From assembly GCA_026395175.1 (NCBI GenBank), contig JAPLZF010000016.1, forward strand, positions 1 through 60,482: DNA of 60,482 bases, given 5' to 3'. Made by a program: the position numbers and the translations under genes. The number at the start of each line of letters is the position of its first letter. The stretch's first letter is position 1. Positions 8,145-17,266 of this stretch are shown here, one piece after another. The stretch is from Candidatus Staskawiczbacteria bacterium (GTDB lineage Bacteria; Patescibacteriota; Minisyncoccia; Minisyncoccales; Staskawiczbacteraceae). The notes under the pieces were generated by a model that did not search any database, was not told the DNA's origin, and saw nothing but the letters and a program-made list of their open reading frames with translations.

Positions 8145-9320
8145 TTAATTGATTATTTTGCCGTTCATGTAAATATCCATATCTTTTTCTTTGAGCGCCT
8201 TGAAAAAATCTTCTTTCGGGACAACAGCTTCCGGCGCAAAAGAGCCCCAAGCTTTTATTTTGCCTTTAATAACCATTTGAGCAATTATTGATGCCGGAAT
8301 ACCAGTATCGATGTTGCATCCTGCGTCTTCCCAACCCGGCAAAGTGTCAACAATACACTCCATATATATTTTTTTTATTTTATTATCTTTCTTTCCTATC
8401 GCTTCAACCCAAAGAACTTCTTTTTCTCTGTAGTCTTCGGGCACTTCTGCTTCTCTCAATATCTCTGTTAGGACCTCTAAAGGAATAATTTCGGATCCAT
8501 TAATCTTAAATTTTTCTTTCGACGCCAACCCCAATTTTATAAAACTATTAATCGTAGAAAAGGAATGCGTCGGAAACCCGCCGTAAAATTTAATATTTTT
8601 TAATCCTTTGTCTTTGTAATAAAGATAAAAAGTGTAGGGCTCAGGATGCCTTACCAAAAAAATCTTGTTCCTGCCTACTTCCTGATATCTTTTGCCTTTT
8701 ATGGTGTCATAAGGTATCTTCTTAATCCATTTGCCATTTTTCATCATTGTGGCTGGCACAGTAAATTCTTCTACAATGCTTGGAATAGAAAAAGGCACCA
8801 CAAATTCTTTTATATTTGAATTCCATGCAAAACCTGCTTCTACTGTATGCACAGAATCTAAAAGCCCAACCGCATAATCTAACATTACATTATTTATGCC
8901 AGGGGTGGAGCCACAACCGGTTATAGCAATAAGTTTTTGTTTTCTAAAATCAGAGTCCATCGCCAACTGATCTTTTGTCATTGGTATATCAGAACATAAA
9001 TCAATAACATGAACCTTATTTCTTAAACAAGCTTTATAAACATTTAAATTCCAATCGGCTTCTGCGCAATTAACAACTAAGTAAGGTTTTACTTTCTTTA
9101 TTAAAGTAACTGCTTCTTTTATATTTCTTAAATCTGCAAGCTCGTAATCAAGGTTGGGAAATTTTTCTTGCAGTGTATCAATGTGTTGTTGATAGAAATC
9201 AGAAACAAAAATTTTATATCCTTTTTCAAGCAAATCTTTGATAACTATTCTTCCCTGCATGCCTCCTGCTCCGAAAATTAAAAAATCATATTTATTTTTT
9301 TTATTACTTTTTTTCGCCAT
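8145..9320 (-). CDS. saccharopine dehydrogenase-family NAD(P)-binding oxidoreductase
   Basis: Rossmann motif FLIFGAGGMQGR. About 390 aa with two-domain SDH-like architecture. ATG at 9320 preferred. Confidence 0.65.
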   Translation of the reverse strand: MAKKSNKKNKYDFLIFGAGGMQGRIVIKDLLEKGYKIFVSDFYQQHIDTLQEKFPNLDYELADLRNIKEAVTLIKKVKPYLVVNCAEADWNLNVYKACLRNKVHVIDLCSDIPMTKDQLAMDSDFRKQKLIAITGCGSTPGINNVMLDYAVGLLDSVHTVEAGFAWNSNIKEFVVPFSIPSIVEEFTVPATMMKNGKWIKKIPYDTIKGKRYQEVGRNKIFLVRHPEPYTFYLYYKDKGLKNIKFYGGFPTHSFSTINSFIKLGLASKEKFKINGSEIIPLEVLTEILREAEVPEDYREKEVLWVEAIGKKDNKIKKIYMECIVDTLPGWEDAGCNIDTGIPASIIAQMVIKGKIKAWGSFAPEAVVPKEDFFKALKEKDMDIYMNGKIIN

Positions 9321-9428
9321 AGTGGTTAACAAATTATTATAATAATTTATAATATAATTATTGAAAAATTATTGCAATAGAAAAATCCCATATTCTAGGA
9401 TTTTTTAAAATAATATTTATCTTATAAT

Positions 9429-9899
9429 TTAATTTACTTTTATTTCATCACCTAATTTTAAATTAATTTCTTTGCTCATGCCGGCGTTAATTTCTAAAAC
9501 ATACCTTGCCTTTGCCGGTGGATAAATTGACGTGCAAATTAAACTTTTGCAGGGCTGAACATTTTTAGCAATAAAAACAACCTTATCATTGCTGTCAATC
9601 CAAATTATATCTAAGGGAATTAAAGTATTTTTCATCCAAAAGGGATAAAACCCTTCTTTATCAAAAATAAAAAACATCCCTTTGTCTTTATCTAATTCTT
9701 TTCTGTTCATTAGGCCCGCTTCCCTTCCGGCCTCTGTTTTTGCCAGCTCAACCTGAAAGCAATTTTTCTTAATGCAGACAGAGCCCGATAAGCTTTCTTG
9801 AATGTTTGGAGCTTTCAAAGTTCCGGCAAAATAAAAAAACAGGCAAATTAAAATAACAATTGCAAATACTAACAACAGTATTTCTAAAATGAAATTCAT
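9429..9899 (-). CDS. DUF192 domain protein (signal-anchored)
   Basis: GMFFIFDKEGFYPFWMKNTLIPLDIIWID motif. Confidence 0.6.
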   Translation of the reverse strand: MNFILEILLLVFAIVILICLFFYFAGTLKAPNIQESLSGSVCIKKNCFQVELAKTEAGREAGLMNRKELDKDKGMFFIFDKEGFYPFWMKNTLIPLDIIWIDSNDKVVFIAKNVQPCKSLICTSIYPPAKARYVLEINAGMSKEINLKLGDEIKVN

Positions 9900-10369
9900 T
9901 TTGTATTTTTTCTTTTCTTGCTTTTATATTCCAGCAAAATAATTGAGATTATAAAAAGATCAAAAAGAGTCAAAAATAAAAGCAAAACAGAATGGGTATG
10001 GAAATATCTGAAAACCTGGTAAACCATAAAAGCGCTAAACCCAGCTGAGGCCCAAGGATAAAACCAAATCTTATTTTTAAACAGCGCTATTGCCAAAAAT
10101 ATGTTAACCAGGCCGTGGAAAATCAAATAAACTATTGCAAAGGCGTGAACGCCGGTAAAAAAATTAATAATATAATTGGCAAAAAAATCATTCGGGTCGT
10201 CTGAAATTTCCTGCTGGGTCAAAGCAATAATAAAATTGTTCATAGCTAACCGGCCTGAGATTGCAAAAACAATTCCTGCCAAAACTTCAAAAACGCCAAA
10301 AAAAGATTTTATTAAAATCCCAATTTCGAAGGTTTTGTCTATCAATTTTCTATTAAAAACATTTTTCAT
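9896..10369 (-). CDS. DUF2127-like four-TM membrane protein
   Basis: 157 aa. FEIGILIKSFFGVFEVLAGIVF pattern. Overlaps its neighbours by 4 nt (operon). Confidence 0.5.
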   Translation of the reverse strand: MKNVFNRKLIDKTFEIGILIKSFFGVFEVLAGIVFAISGRLAMNNFIIALTQQEISDDPNDFFANYIINFFTGVHAFAIVYLIFHGLVNIFLAIALFKNKIWFYPWASAGFSAFMVYQVFRYFHTHSVLLLFLTLFDLFIISIILLEYKSKKRKNTK

Positions 10370-10974
10370 GTCTTGCCGTTAATAACTATCAACGCATGAA
10401 AGTCTTGGTATAATCTAAAATTTTTTTTTAAATTATCTTCAAACAATTTTTGCAAAAAATGATAATCTGTTTTGGCTGATAAATTATGCTCTTTAACCAG
10501 CCTTCTGGTGTATTCGTCAACAACGAAAACTGGCTTGTCCAATGCATAAAGTAAAATGCTGTCTGCTGTTTCGGGACCTACACCTTTCAGCTTTAATAAT
10601 TTTTCCTTTAATTCTTTTGCGCCCTCTTTTTTCATCCTTTCCAGACCGCCATAATTTTCAATGATAAATTTTGCCAAATTAAGCAGGTATCGCGCTTTAG
10701 TTTCATAAAATCCCGACGGCTTAATCAAAGATGCTAATTTTTCCGACCTTAATCTGGAAATATCTTTTAGTGAATTTATTTTTGCCCTTTTTAAATTATT
10801 TACGGCTAATTCCACGTTTTTCCAATTTGTCCTCTGCGTCAGAATCGCGCCGATTATAACTTCTCCCATTTCTTTTTCAATTTTCGGCCTTTTGCACCAA
10901 AGTTTCCATTGCCCTTGCGGTTTCCCATGCTTTTCTTTTAATTCTTTATATAATTTTTCTATCGCTTCATTCAT
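10366..10974 (-). CDS. endonuclease III-related HhH-GPD DNA glycosylase
   Basis: ILTQRTNWKNV and HhH LKLKGVGPETADSILLYA motifs. Confidence 0.8.
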   Translation of the reverse strand: MNEAIEKLYKELKEKHGKPQGQWKLWCKRPKIEKEMGEVIIGAILTQRTNWKNVELAVNNLKRAKINSLKDISRLRSEKLASLIKPSGFYETKARYLLNLAKFIIENYGGLERMKKEGAKELKEKLLKLKGVGPETADSILLYALDKPVFVVDEYTRRLVKEHNLSAKTDYHFLQKLFEDNLKKNFRLYQDFHALIVINGKT

Positions 10975-11143
10975 TTTGTGTAGAACTTATGCCCCACAAC
11001 CCAGAGGCCGCCACTACGCTCTCTAAAGAAATTTTCTTGACAGAATAATAATAAAACAAAAATGCCAAAAATAAAATAATTATTATGGCTATAGCGGTTA
11101 TAATGATTGTTGATATAGAATATTTTTTTGGTTTTTCATCCAT
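10967..11143 (-). CDS. possible small single-TM protein (58 aa)
   Basis: Hand-translated MDEKPKKYSISTIIITAIAIIIILFLAFLFYYYSVKK... Its stop overlaps the next ATG (ATGAATGA coupling). Confidence 0.35.
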   Translation of the reverse strand: MDEKPKKYSISTIIITAIAIIIILFLAFLFYYYSVKKISLESVVAASGLWGISSTQNE

Positions 11144-11174
11144 ATATTCATTTTACCTCTATAAAAATATTCTG

Positions 11175-11200
11175 TCAAAAAACCGCCATTAATTGGCGGT
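11175..11200 (-). terminator. rho-independent terminator
   Basis: ACCGCCA-TTAAT-TGGCGGT stem, followed by a T-run on the minus strand. Confidence 0.65.
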
Positions 11201-11392
11201 TTCAAGAAATTCTTATTTTTTTCTTTTGTTAAGCTTAGTTCTGTTTCTTCTTTTGACTTTCCTGCCTAACCTTTTTTTGTTTGCCCAAGATGGCATGTGA
11301 TTTTCGAGCGAAACGAGGAAATCATCCTGAACTTTAGATGGATATATCGTTATTCATTATCTAAAGTGAAGGATACTCCTTTTTTCATTCTT

Positions 11393-11656
11393 TTATTTAT
11401 TATCCCCGACCTTTTTATTAATTAATTCTATTTTCTTTTCCCTTCGCCACCCTTTTATTTCCGCCTCTCTCATTCTAGTGTCTTTCAAATTATCAAAAAT
11501 TTCTGAATATTTTAATTTAACTGGTCTTCGTATTTTTGTATAATGCGCGCCACACTTTGATTCGTTGTGCTGTTTGATTCGTTTCGATAAATCATTAGTG
11601 CAACCAATATAAAATGATTCGTCTGCGCATTCGAGGATATAAATAAAGTATTGCAT
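11393..11656 (-). CDS. GIY-YIG nuclease family protein (YhbQ-like)
   Basis: MQYFIYILECADESFYIGCTNDLSKRIKQHN. ATG at 11656 preferred; the longer ORF runs through a GC-rich hairpin element. Confidence 0.85.
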   Translation of the reverse strand: MQYFIYILECADESFYIGCTNDLSKRIKQHNESKCGAHYTKIRRPVKLKYSEIFDNLKDTRMREAEIKGWRREKKIELINKKVGDNK

Positions 11657-11663
11657 TTTTGTC

Positions 11664-11693
11664 GACCCTTCGTCGTTGCGACTCCTCAGGGTC
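11664..11693. repeat. GC-rich hairpin element (variant), GACCCT...AGGGTC termini
   Basis: GACCCTTCGTCGTTGCGACTCCTCAGGGTC lies immediately upstream of the GIY-YIG start. Shares the CCCTTCG ... CTCAGGG ends with the other copies. Confidence 0.6.
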
Positions 11694-11730
11694 ATTTTTT
11701 CCTATATATATTTAAATGAGAAAAAATGAG

Positions 11731-11801
11731 CTGCGGGGCTAGGACTCGAACCTAGATAAACGCCTTCAGAGGGCGCGATCCTACCATTAGATGACCCCGC
11801 A
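11731..11801 (-). tRNA. tRNA-Gln (anticodon CTG)
   Basis: Hand-folded cloverleaf. U1-A72 acceptor TGCGGGG/CCCCGCA, anticodon loop CTCTGAA, T-loop TTCGAGT. CCA not encoded. Confidence 0.85.
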
Positions 11802-11820
11802 AAAATTTATAATTTTATTT

Positions 11821-12735
11821 TTATATTTCTAAATGTTTTTTTACGACAATTAAAGCAGAAATTACCCCGACTCCAATTCCAAAGCCTAACTGGATTAAAA
11901 CAAAAATCCACCAATTAGTCAAGAAAAATCCAAACAAGCTGAATCCCGGCAAAATTACTTCCACTTTAGATGACAGAATCAAGGCAAAAATTCCGGAAAG
12001 CAAAAAACAAATTACAAATGAAATAATTCCGTAAATTACTCCTTGAATTATGAAAGGTCCGCGGATAAACTGGTTTGATGCGCCCACTGTTTTCATGGTG
12101 TTTATTTCTTCTTTTGAATTTTCGATGGCAAGTTTTATGGTGTTGAAAACAACCAATATGGCAACAAGAATTAAAATAATTCCCAATATTATCCCAAAAA
12201 TAGTTATGTTGGAAGTGATAGAATAGATTTCTTCAATGGTGTCTTTTTTCTGAGAATAGTCCACTTTATCAATCAGCTTGCTGAAATCAGATGTCTGCAA
12301 AATATTTGCAACTTGGGCATATTGGGCAGGGTCACTGTTGGTTGTGATATTTAAAGACGGCAGAAATGGATTATTCCCTACCTCCTGCAAAGCCTGACCC
12401 AAAACCGCGTCATCTTTATGTTTTGCGCTGAAAGTTGCAAGAGCTTGGTCTTTTGAAACATACTCGACATTTTTTATGTTCGGCGACATTTTTATAATTT
12501 CATCTTTCACATTTAAAATATCCTGCTCTTGCGTGCCATCAACAAAATAAGCTGTAATATCAATTTTGTTTTGGATTTGGGCAGTTAAATAGCCGGCAAT
12601 TCCCTGAAAAAAGAAAAGCCCTGTCACAAGCATAATTGTAATTGTCAAAACAAAAATTGTTGCAATTGATATTCCTTTATTTCTGTTAAAATCATTAATT
12701 GCAAAACCTATAATTCTTTTTGTGTTATTTTTCAT
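11821..12735 (-). CDS. ftsX: cell division permease-like protein FtsX
   Basis: 304 aa. N-terminal TM, periplasmic domain, three C-terminal TM helices. Lies downstream of ftsE. Confidence 0.85.
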   Translation of the reverse strand: MKNNTKRIIGFAINDFNRNKGISIATIFVLTITIMLVTGLFFFQGIAGYLTAQIQNKIDITAYFVDGTQEQDILNVKDEIIKMSPNIKNVEYVSKDQALATFSAKHKDDAVLGQALQEVGNNPFLPSLNITTNSDPAQYAQVANILQTSDFSKLIDKVDYSQKKDTIEEIYSITSNITIFGIILGIILILVAILVVFNTIKLAIENSKEEINTMKTVGASNQFIRGPFIIQGVIYGIISFVICFLLSGIFALILSSKVEVILPGFSLFGFFLTNWWIFVLIQLGFGIGVGVISALIVVKKHLEI

Positions 12736-12744
12736 AATAAAAAT

Positions 12745-13425
12745 TTAAATAATGAATTTGCCCGCTTGTTCGTCGCGGATTATTTTTCCGTTTTCTAAAG
12801 TAACAACCCTTTTTCCCAGCTTATTTATTATTTCCCTGTCGTGCGTTGCCAAAATAATTGTTTTGCCTGCCTTATTTATTTTCTGCAGAAGAGAAATAAC
12901 TTCATAAGTATTATATGGGTCCAAATTTCCTGTAGGCTCGTCTGCAATAATAATTTCCGGGTTGTTTACCAAAGCCCGAGCAATTGCCAATCTTTGCTTC
13001 TCTCCTCCGGAAAGCTGGTCTGGAAAATTATTTATTTTTCCTCCAAGCCCGATAATTTCCAAAACTTTAGGAACTTCCCTGTCTATTTCCTCATTTTCTT
13101 TTCCCTCAACCTGCATAATATAAGCCACGTTTTCATAAACAGTTTTTTTGGGCAACAATTTATAATCCTGGTAAATGCATCCTATTTTTCTTCTAATTTC
13201 CTGAATTTTTGCTGGGTCGGCTGTATTCAAATTTTCTCCCTTAAAATAAATTTCTCCGGAGGTCGGCGCCTCAAGCCCCAAAATTAAGCGTGTTAAGGTT
13301 GTTTTGCCGACTCCTGATTTTCCAACAACAGAAACAAACTCTCCTTCTTTTATTTCAAAAGAGATGTCCTGCAAGACAACCGTGCTTTGTGAATAAATTT
13401 TTGTTACGTTATTAAATTTTATCAT
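12745..13425 (-). CDS. ftsE: cell division ATP-binding protein FtsE
   Basis: Walker [10 protein letters not shown], signature LSGGEKQR, Walker B IIIADEPT. Confidence 0.9.
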   Translation of the reverse strand: MIKFNNVTKIYSQSTVVLQDISFEIKEGEFVSVVGKSGVGKTTLTRLILGLEAPTSGEIYFKGENLNTADPAKIQEIRRKIGCIYQDYKLLPKKTVYENVAYIMQVEGKENEEIDREVPKVLEIIGLGGKINNFPDQLSGGEKQRLAIARALVNNPEIIIADEPTGNLDPYNTYEVISLLQKINKAGKTIILATHDREIINKLGKRVVTLENGKIIRDEQAGKFII

Positions 13426-13426
13426 G

Positions 13427-13618
13427 CTACTTTCTTAACATTGATTTTACCCTTTTTATATCAATATCTTTCTTAAATATTATGAAATTACGACCCATCT
13501 TGCGTCCCCTTATTGAGCCATTACCTAATCTGTAAAAAACCGAAATTCTGCTGACGCCCAAAATTTTTGCTAGCTCGTTTGTAGTATAAAAATCTTTTTT
13601 TACCAATTCGTTTCCCAT
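13427..13618 (-). CDS. excisionase/MerR-type HTH DNA-binding protein
   Basis: 63 aa. FYTTNELAKILGVSRISVFYRLGNGSIRGRKMGRNFII. Paralog of 6590..6775. Its stop lies 1 nt before the ftsE ATG. Confidence 0.75.
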   Translation of the reverse strand: MGNELVKKDFYTTNELAKILGVSRISVFYRLGNGSIRGRKMGRNFIIFKKDIDIKRVKSMLRK

Positions 13619-13640
13619 AATTTTATCTCTTATGTTTTAT

Positions 13641-13656
13641 CTTAACATATGTTAAG
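13641..13656. promoter_or_regulatory. palindrome CTTAACATATGTTAAG (copy 1)
   Basis: Perfect 16-bp palindrome, 22 nt upstream of the HTH-ftsEX start. Confidence 0.6.
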
Positions 13657-13681
13657 ATGACCCGCAAACTACTTATTATAT

Positions 13682-15379
13682 TTAATATACTTCTTGTTGA
13701 TAACATTGTTCACAATAGACTATCTCTGCTCTGTCCGGCGCATAAGATGTTTCAATTTCTTTATTACATTTTGCACATTTTCGCAAAAATATTTTAATTG
13801 GATTTAACTGTTTTATGCGAGACCTGTCTCGGCAGAGAGGACATTTTCGTGGAATTGGAAGATTCATTCTGCGATAAAAGTCAAACTCCATTTTTATTAG
13901 CTTATAATTTTTGCCGCACTCGTCGCACTTTAATATGCCAAGAAGAATTTCATCTGCAACGTCTTTAATATCATCTGCAATGGAAACTGTTGCCGGCTCG
14001 TATTCCCGTTCGTCAGAATCTCTCCAAGCAAAACCTTTCTTAATAACCTCCTCTTTTGAAATTGGAAAAAATTCATAGGCGCTTGTTTCGTTATATGCCC
14101 ACGGAGAAAACTCGGCTGGGAAATATTCTCCATAACGATATTCATTTTTTCTTAAATCAACATAGGGCACTTCCATCATCTGCTTTTTAATTTGTCCTAC
14201 CAATTCCTGATATTCTTCTTTTGTGTATTGCTTGTTTAAAATGCAATATTCTGAATTTCTAAGTCCAACACATCCAAAAAGGTTTCCCGATCCATGACAC
14301 CCAAAACCATATTCTAAATCGTGCGCGCCATAATTCCAAAAACTAAATTTTATGTTGCGAACGGTAAGGCCAACCCATGTTGACTCGTATATTAATTCAG
14401 CGGTATCCCCAAATATTGTGTAGTCATAAGCATCTTTTGTCGGGCCTGACTTTAAGAGCTGGCTGTACCTGACGTCTTCTGAGTTTCCCGCCATATAAGA
14501 ATTGTGCACGTTCTTTGAATTAAAAATGTAATCTCCGACTACGTTTACATTTTTACGTCCGTGAAATTGTTTGCGAGGTTGCGTAAGAAAAAACTTTTCT
14601 GATTCTTCTTTAAAAGCGTTCTTGCTTTTTAACGACCCAAAATTTAATTCCTTAACTTTTTCTGCATATTCTTCTTTTGTGTATTGCTTGTTTAAAATGC
14701 AGTGCTGTTGATTTCGTAAATTAATACAGCCTATGCAATTTGAACAACCGACAAGGTCTCTTGAAAACCAGATGTCGTGCGAGTCTTCGCAGTCTTGTGA
14801 CCAAAATGCGCGATAACATTTATTTGTATTTACAGCCTGGTAGCAAAGCTCGCTGTCATTTGTGAAAGCAACGTCAAAACAATCCTTATCCCTGTTTATG
14901 GTGTTTGTATAAGCACAGTTTTCGCTATAATCACTCCTAAAACAAAGGTAGCAGTTCTTCAAGTCGGATGCCGCATTGCAATAGGGGCTATCAATCATAG
15001 TTGAATGCGCAGTATATAAAGTTGGATGAGGCACCTCGCGAAAAAGTTCAAGCCATTGTTCAAAAAACGATTTTTTGAAATCGTATTCTTTGCCAAATGA
15101 TTTTGGGTTGAATTCGTCAGACCACCATTTTTCCTGAGAATAAATTTTATGCAAAGTATCTGGAGGATAAAATGTTATCCCCTCTTCTCCAGAATCAAAT
15201 TTTCGGCGATATAATATTCTATTGCTCGTCCACACAAAACGCCGCATCATCCGGCAATCTGCACAAAATGTTGGAGAGGGCACTTTCATTTTTTCGTAAA
15301 ACGAAAAATCATCCGGCTCAATTACGAAATCCTTTTTACAATTTTGACATTGTTTTGTTTCTGTATCCATGGCAATCAT
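13682..15379 (-). CDS. large Cys-rich multi-zinc-ribbon protein, function unknown (paralog A)
   Basis: 565 aa. N-terminal CQNC-x24-CADC and C-terminal CDEC/CPLC/CAKC/CEQC ribbons. Internal duplicated module ending C-I-L-N-K-Q-Y-T-K-E-E-Y. Alternative ATG at 15370. Confidence 0.8.
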   Translation of the reverse strand: MIAMDTETKQCQNCKKDFVIEPDDFSFYEKMKVPSPTFCADCRMMRRFVWTSNRILYRRKFDSGEEGITFYPPDTLHKIYSQEKWWSDEFNPKSFGKEYDFKKSFFEQWLELFREVPHPTLYTAHSTMIDSPYCNAASDLKNCYLCFRSDYSENCAYTNTINRDKDCFDVAFTNDSELCYQAVNTNKCYRAFWSQDCEDSHDIWFSRDLVGCSNCIGCINLRNQQHCILNKQYTKEEYAEKVKELNFGSLKSKNAFKEESEKFFLTQPRKQFHGRKNVNVVGDYIFNSKNVHNSYMAGNSEDVRYSQLLKSGPTKDAYDYTIFGDTAELIYESTWVGLTVRNIKFSFWNYGAHDLEYGFGCHGSGNLFGCVGLRNSEYCILNKQYTKEEYQELVGQIKKQMMEVPYVDLRKNEYRYGEYFPAEFSPWAYNETSAYEFFPISKEEVIKKGFAWRDSDEREYEPATVSIADDIKDVADEILLGILKCDECGKNYKLIKMEFDFYRRMNLPIPRKCPLCRDRSRIKQLNPIKIFLRKCAKCNKEIETSYAPDRAEIVYCEQCYQQEVY

Positions 15380-15387
15380 ATTTTATC

Positions 15388-15407
15388 CCTGCCTACCGGC
15401 AGGCAGG
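15388..15407. repeat. GC-rich hairpin CCTGCC-TACC-GGCAGG(CAGG)
   Basis: Lies between the palindrome and the GATAAAAT-ATG sequence of paralog A. The two other palindrome copies lack it. Confidence 0.65.
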
Positions 15408-15421
15408 TTAACATATGTTAA
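15408..15421. promoter_or_regulatory. palindrome TTAACATATGTTAA (copy 2)
   Basis: 14-bp perfect core upstream of paralog A. Confidence 0.6.
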
Positions 15422-15449
15422 GATGACCCGCAAACTGCCTATTATATAT

Positions 15450-17243
15450 TTAGTATACTTCTTGTTGATAACACTTTTCGCAATAAATTATTTCTGGCCT
15501 ATCTGGCGCATAAGAAGTTTCAAATTCGTTTAAACATTTTCCTTCTCCATGTAAATGATTAGTAGTATTTTGATAATCACCATTCTCTGATTTTTGACCC
15601 GCACATTGGCATTTTCTGTGCCAAAGTTTTAGAGGTGGCCTTGGAGCAATCCTTTCGTAATGCCTGCAATTTGAACAAAGATGAGGCAATGGAATTTTAA
15701 GAGCTCTATAAAATGTTAACTCTTGAGGAGTAATTTTAAACGCGCCCGGACAAGTGTGCGCACAAAGCTTATTGTGCTCGCAAGCAATCACCTCTTTTAA
15801 AATGTCGTCTGAAACTTCGTCAATTATCTCAGGTAAATCTTTGGCCTGAATTGTTGGAGAGTATTTATTATCAGTTGACTCCCGCCAATCTAATCTTTTC
15901 TTTTCTGCCTGTTCTTGAGTAAGGGGCTGGAGTTCTTGAGCCACTGATTCATTGCGAGCAAAAGGAGAAATTTCTGCCGGAAAATATTCACCATATCTAT
16001 ATTCAATGCCGTTCTTGTCTATATAGGGCTTGTTATCCATATGCTCAATAACTTTTGGCACCAGGGCTTCGTATTCTTCTTTTGAATATTGCTTGTTAAA
16101 AATGCAATACTGCTTGTTGCGCATACTGACACAACCAAATAAATATGAACAATTATGGCAGTTATATGAATATTGTAAATGGTGGCAATTAAATATCATG
16201 CGAGAATACATTGCATCGTTGCCAGGGTAGACCGTTGAAATTTCCAAGCATTTAGAAGCGCCCAGGCCGGAATGATCACAATCATAAAAATCAGCAACAT
16301 TTGAATATACCAGCCACACATATTTTGCATCTTGCGCTCCGCCAAAAACATCGAAAGCTTGTTTGCAATTTTTGCAGTTCTCAAGGTTATTTCCAGTTGA
16401 ATTAATACAAGAAATCATGCGAGCAAATCTTCTGGGAAAATTTAAAGAAAATTTTTCAAAATCTTTTTTTATTTTTTCTCTATTTTGATAAGAATCAAAA
16501 CGATATTCCTTTATATTTTCTTCATATTCAGTTTTTGTGTACTGCTGGTTAAAAATGCAATAAGATTTATTGCGCAAGTTTACACAACCAAAACAATTTA
16601 AACAATTTCTGCAATTAAAAAGAAAAGCGCCGTCCATGCATCCTTCGCAGTAGCGTGAATAAAACAAGCGCGAACAAGAAATGCTGTCTGAACATTCATA
16701 ACAACCCTCACTTTTTGAAACCCAATAACAATCGGCAAGATTATGATTATTAAAAATAAAAGCACTATAGATAGAATCTTCATTAAAATCTCCTCCCACC
16801 ACCATATAGCAATCTTTATTTCCTTCAGTTATGTTGCAGTAATCGCTTCTTACAGGATTGATATTGAAAAGTCCTATATCTGGCACTTTCCTCCACAATT
16901 CTTTGAGTTGTTCGAAAAATGATTTTGAATAATCAATGTCTTGCCCAAAAGTAGCAGCATCCCAGGTGTCGCCCCACCAGCTGGCATGGTCATACACAAC
17001 CTGGTCACTTTCCGATGAAAATACAGATAAAATCATCTCTCCTTCTTTTCCAGGAGCATTATTTTTGCGCCTATAAAGTGATCTTTCATTACGAAATGTC
17101 ATGCGGCGGATCAATCTGCACTCGGGGCAAAATGTTGGAGCAGGAACCTTCATTTTTTCGTAAAACGCAAAATCATCGGGCTCGATTACGAAATCCTTTT
17201 TGCAATTTTGACATGTTTTTGTTTCTGTATTCATAACACTCAT
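15450..17243 (-). CDS. large Cys-rich multi-zinc-ribbon protein, function unknown (paralog B)
   Basis: 597 aa. Same architecture and motifs as 13682..15379 (MNTETKTCQNCKKDFVIEPDDFAFYEKMKVPAPTFCPECR ... YCIFNKQYSKEEY ... CEKCYQQEVY). Confidence 0.8.
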   Translation of the reverse strand: MSVMNTETKTCQNCKKDFVIEPDDFAFYEKMKVPAPTFCPECRLIRRMTFRNERSLYRRKNNAPGKEGEMILSVFSSESDQVVYDHASWWGDTWDAATFGQDIDYSKSFFEQLKELWRKVPDIGLFNINPVRSDYCNITEGNKDCYMVVGGDFNEDSIYSAFIFNNHNLADCYWVSKSEGCYECSDSISCSRLFYSRYCEGCMDGAFLFNCRNCLNCFGCVNLRNKSYCIFNQQYTKTEYEENIKEYRFDSYQNREKIKKDFEKFSLNFPRRFARMISCINSTGNNLENCKNCKQAFDVFGGAQDAKYVWLVYSNVADFYDCDHSGLGASKCLEISTVYPGNDAMYSRMIFNCHHLQYSYNCHNCSYLFGCVSMRNKQYCIFNKQYSKEEYEALVPKVIEHMDNKPYIDKNGIEYRYGEYFPAEISPFARNESVAQELQPLTQEQAEKKRLDWRESTDNKYSPTIQAKDLPEIIDEVSDDILKEVIACEHNKLCAHTCPGAFKITPQELTFYRALKIPLPHLCSNCRHYERIAPRPPLKLWHRKCQCAGQKSENGDYQNTTNHLHGEGKCLNEFETSYAPDRPEIIYCEKCYQQEVY

Positions 17244-17250
17244 ACTTTAT

Positions 17251-17266
17251 CTTAACATATGTTAAG
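17251..17266. promoter_or_regulatory. palindrome CTTAACATATGTTAAG (copy 3)
   Basis: Overlaps the prfB stop codon and lies 7 nt upstream of the paralog B ATG at 17243. Confidence 0.6.

Noticed and set aside
11213-11296. 27-codon highly basic ORF (MPSWANKKRLGRKVKRRNRTKLNKRKK) between the GIY-YIG gene and a terminator, as a possible tiny ribosomal protein
   Set aside because: It does not resemble bL34, bL36, bS21 or Thx as I recall them, and it has no RBS. A Lys-rich reading is expected from A-rich DNA. It needs conservation evidence before being called.
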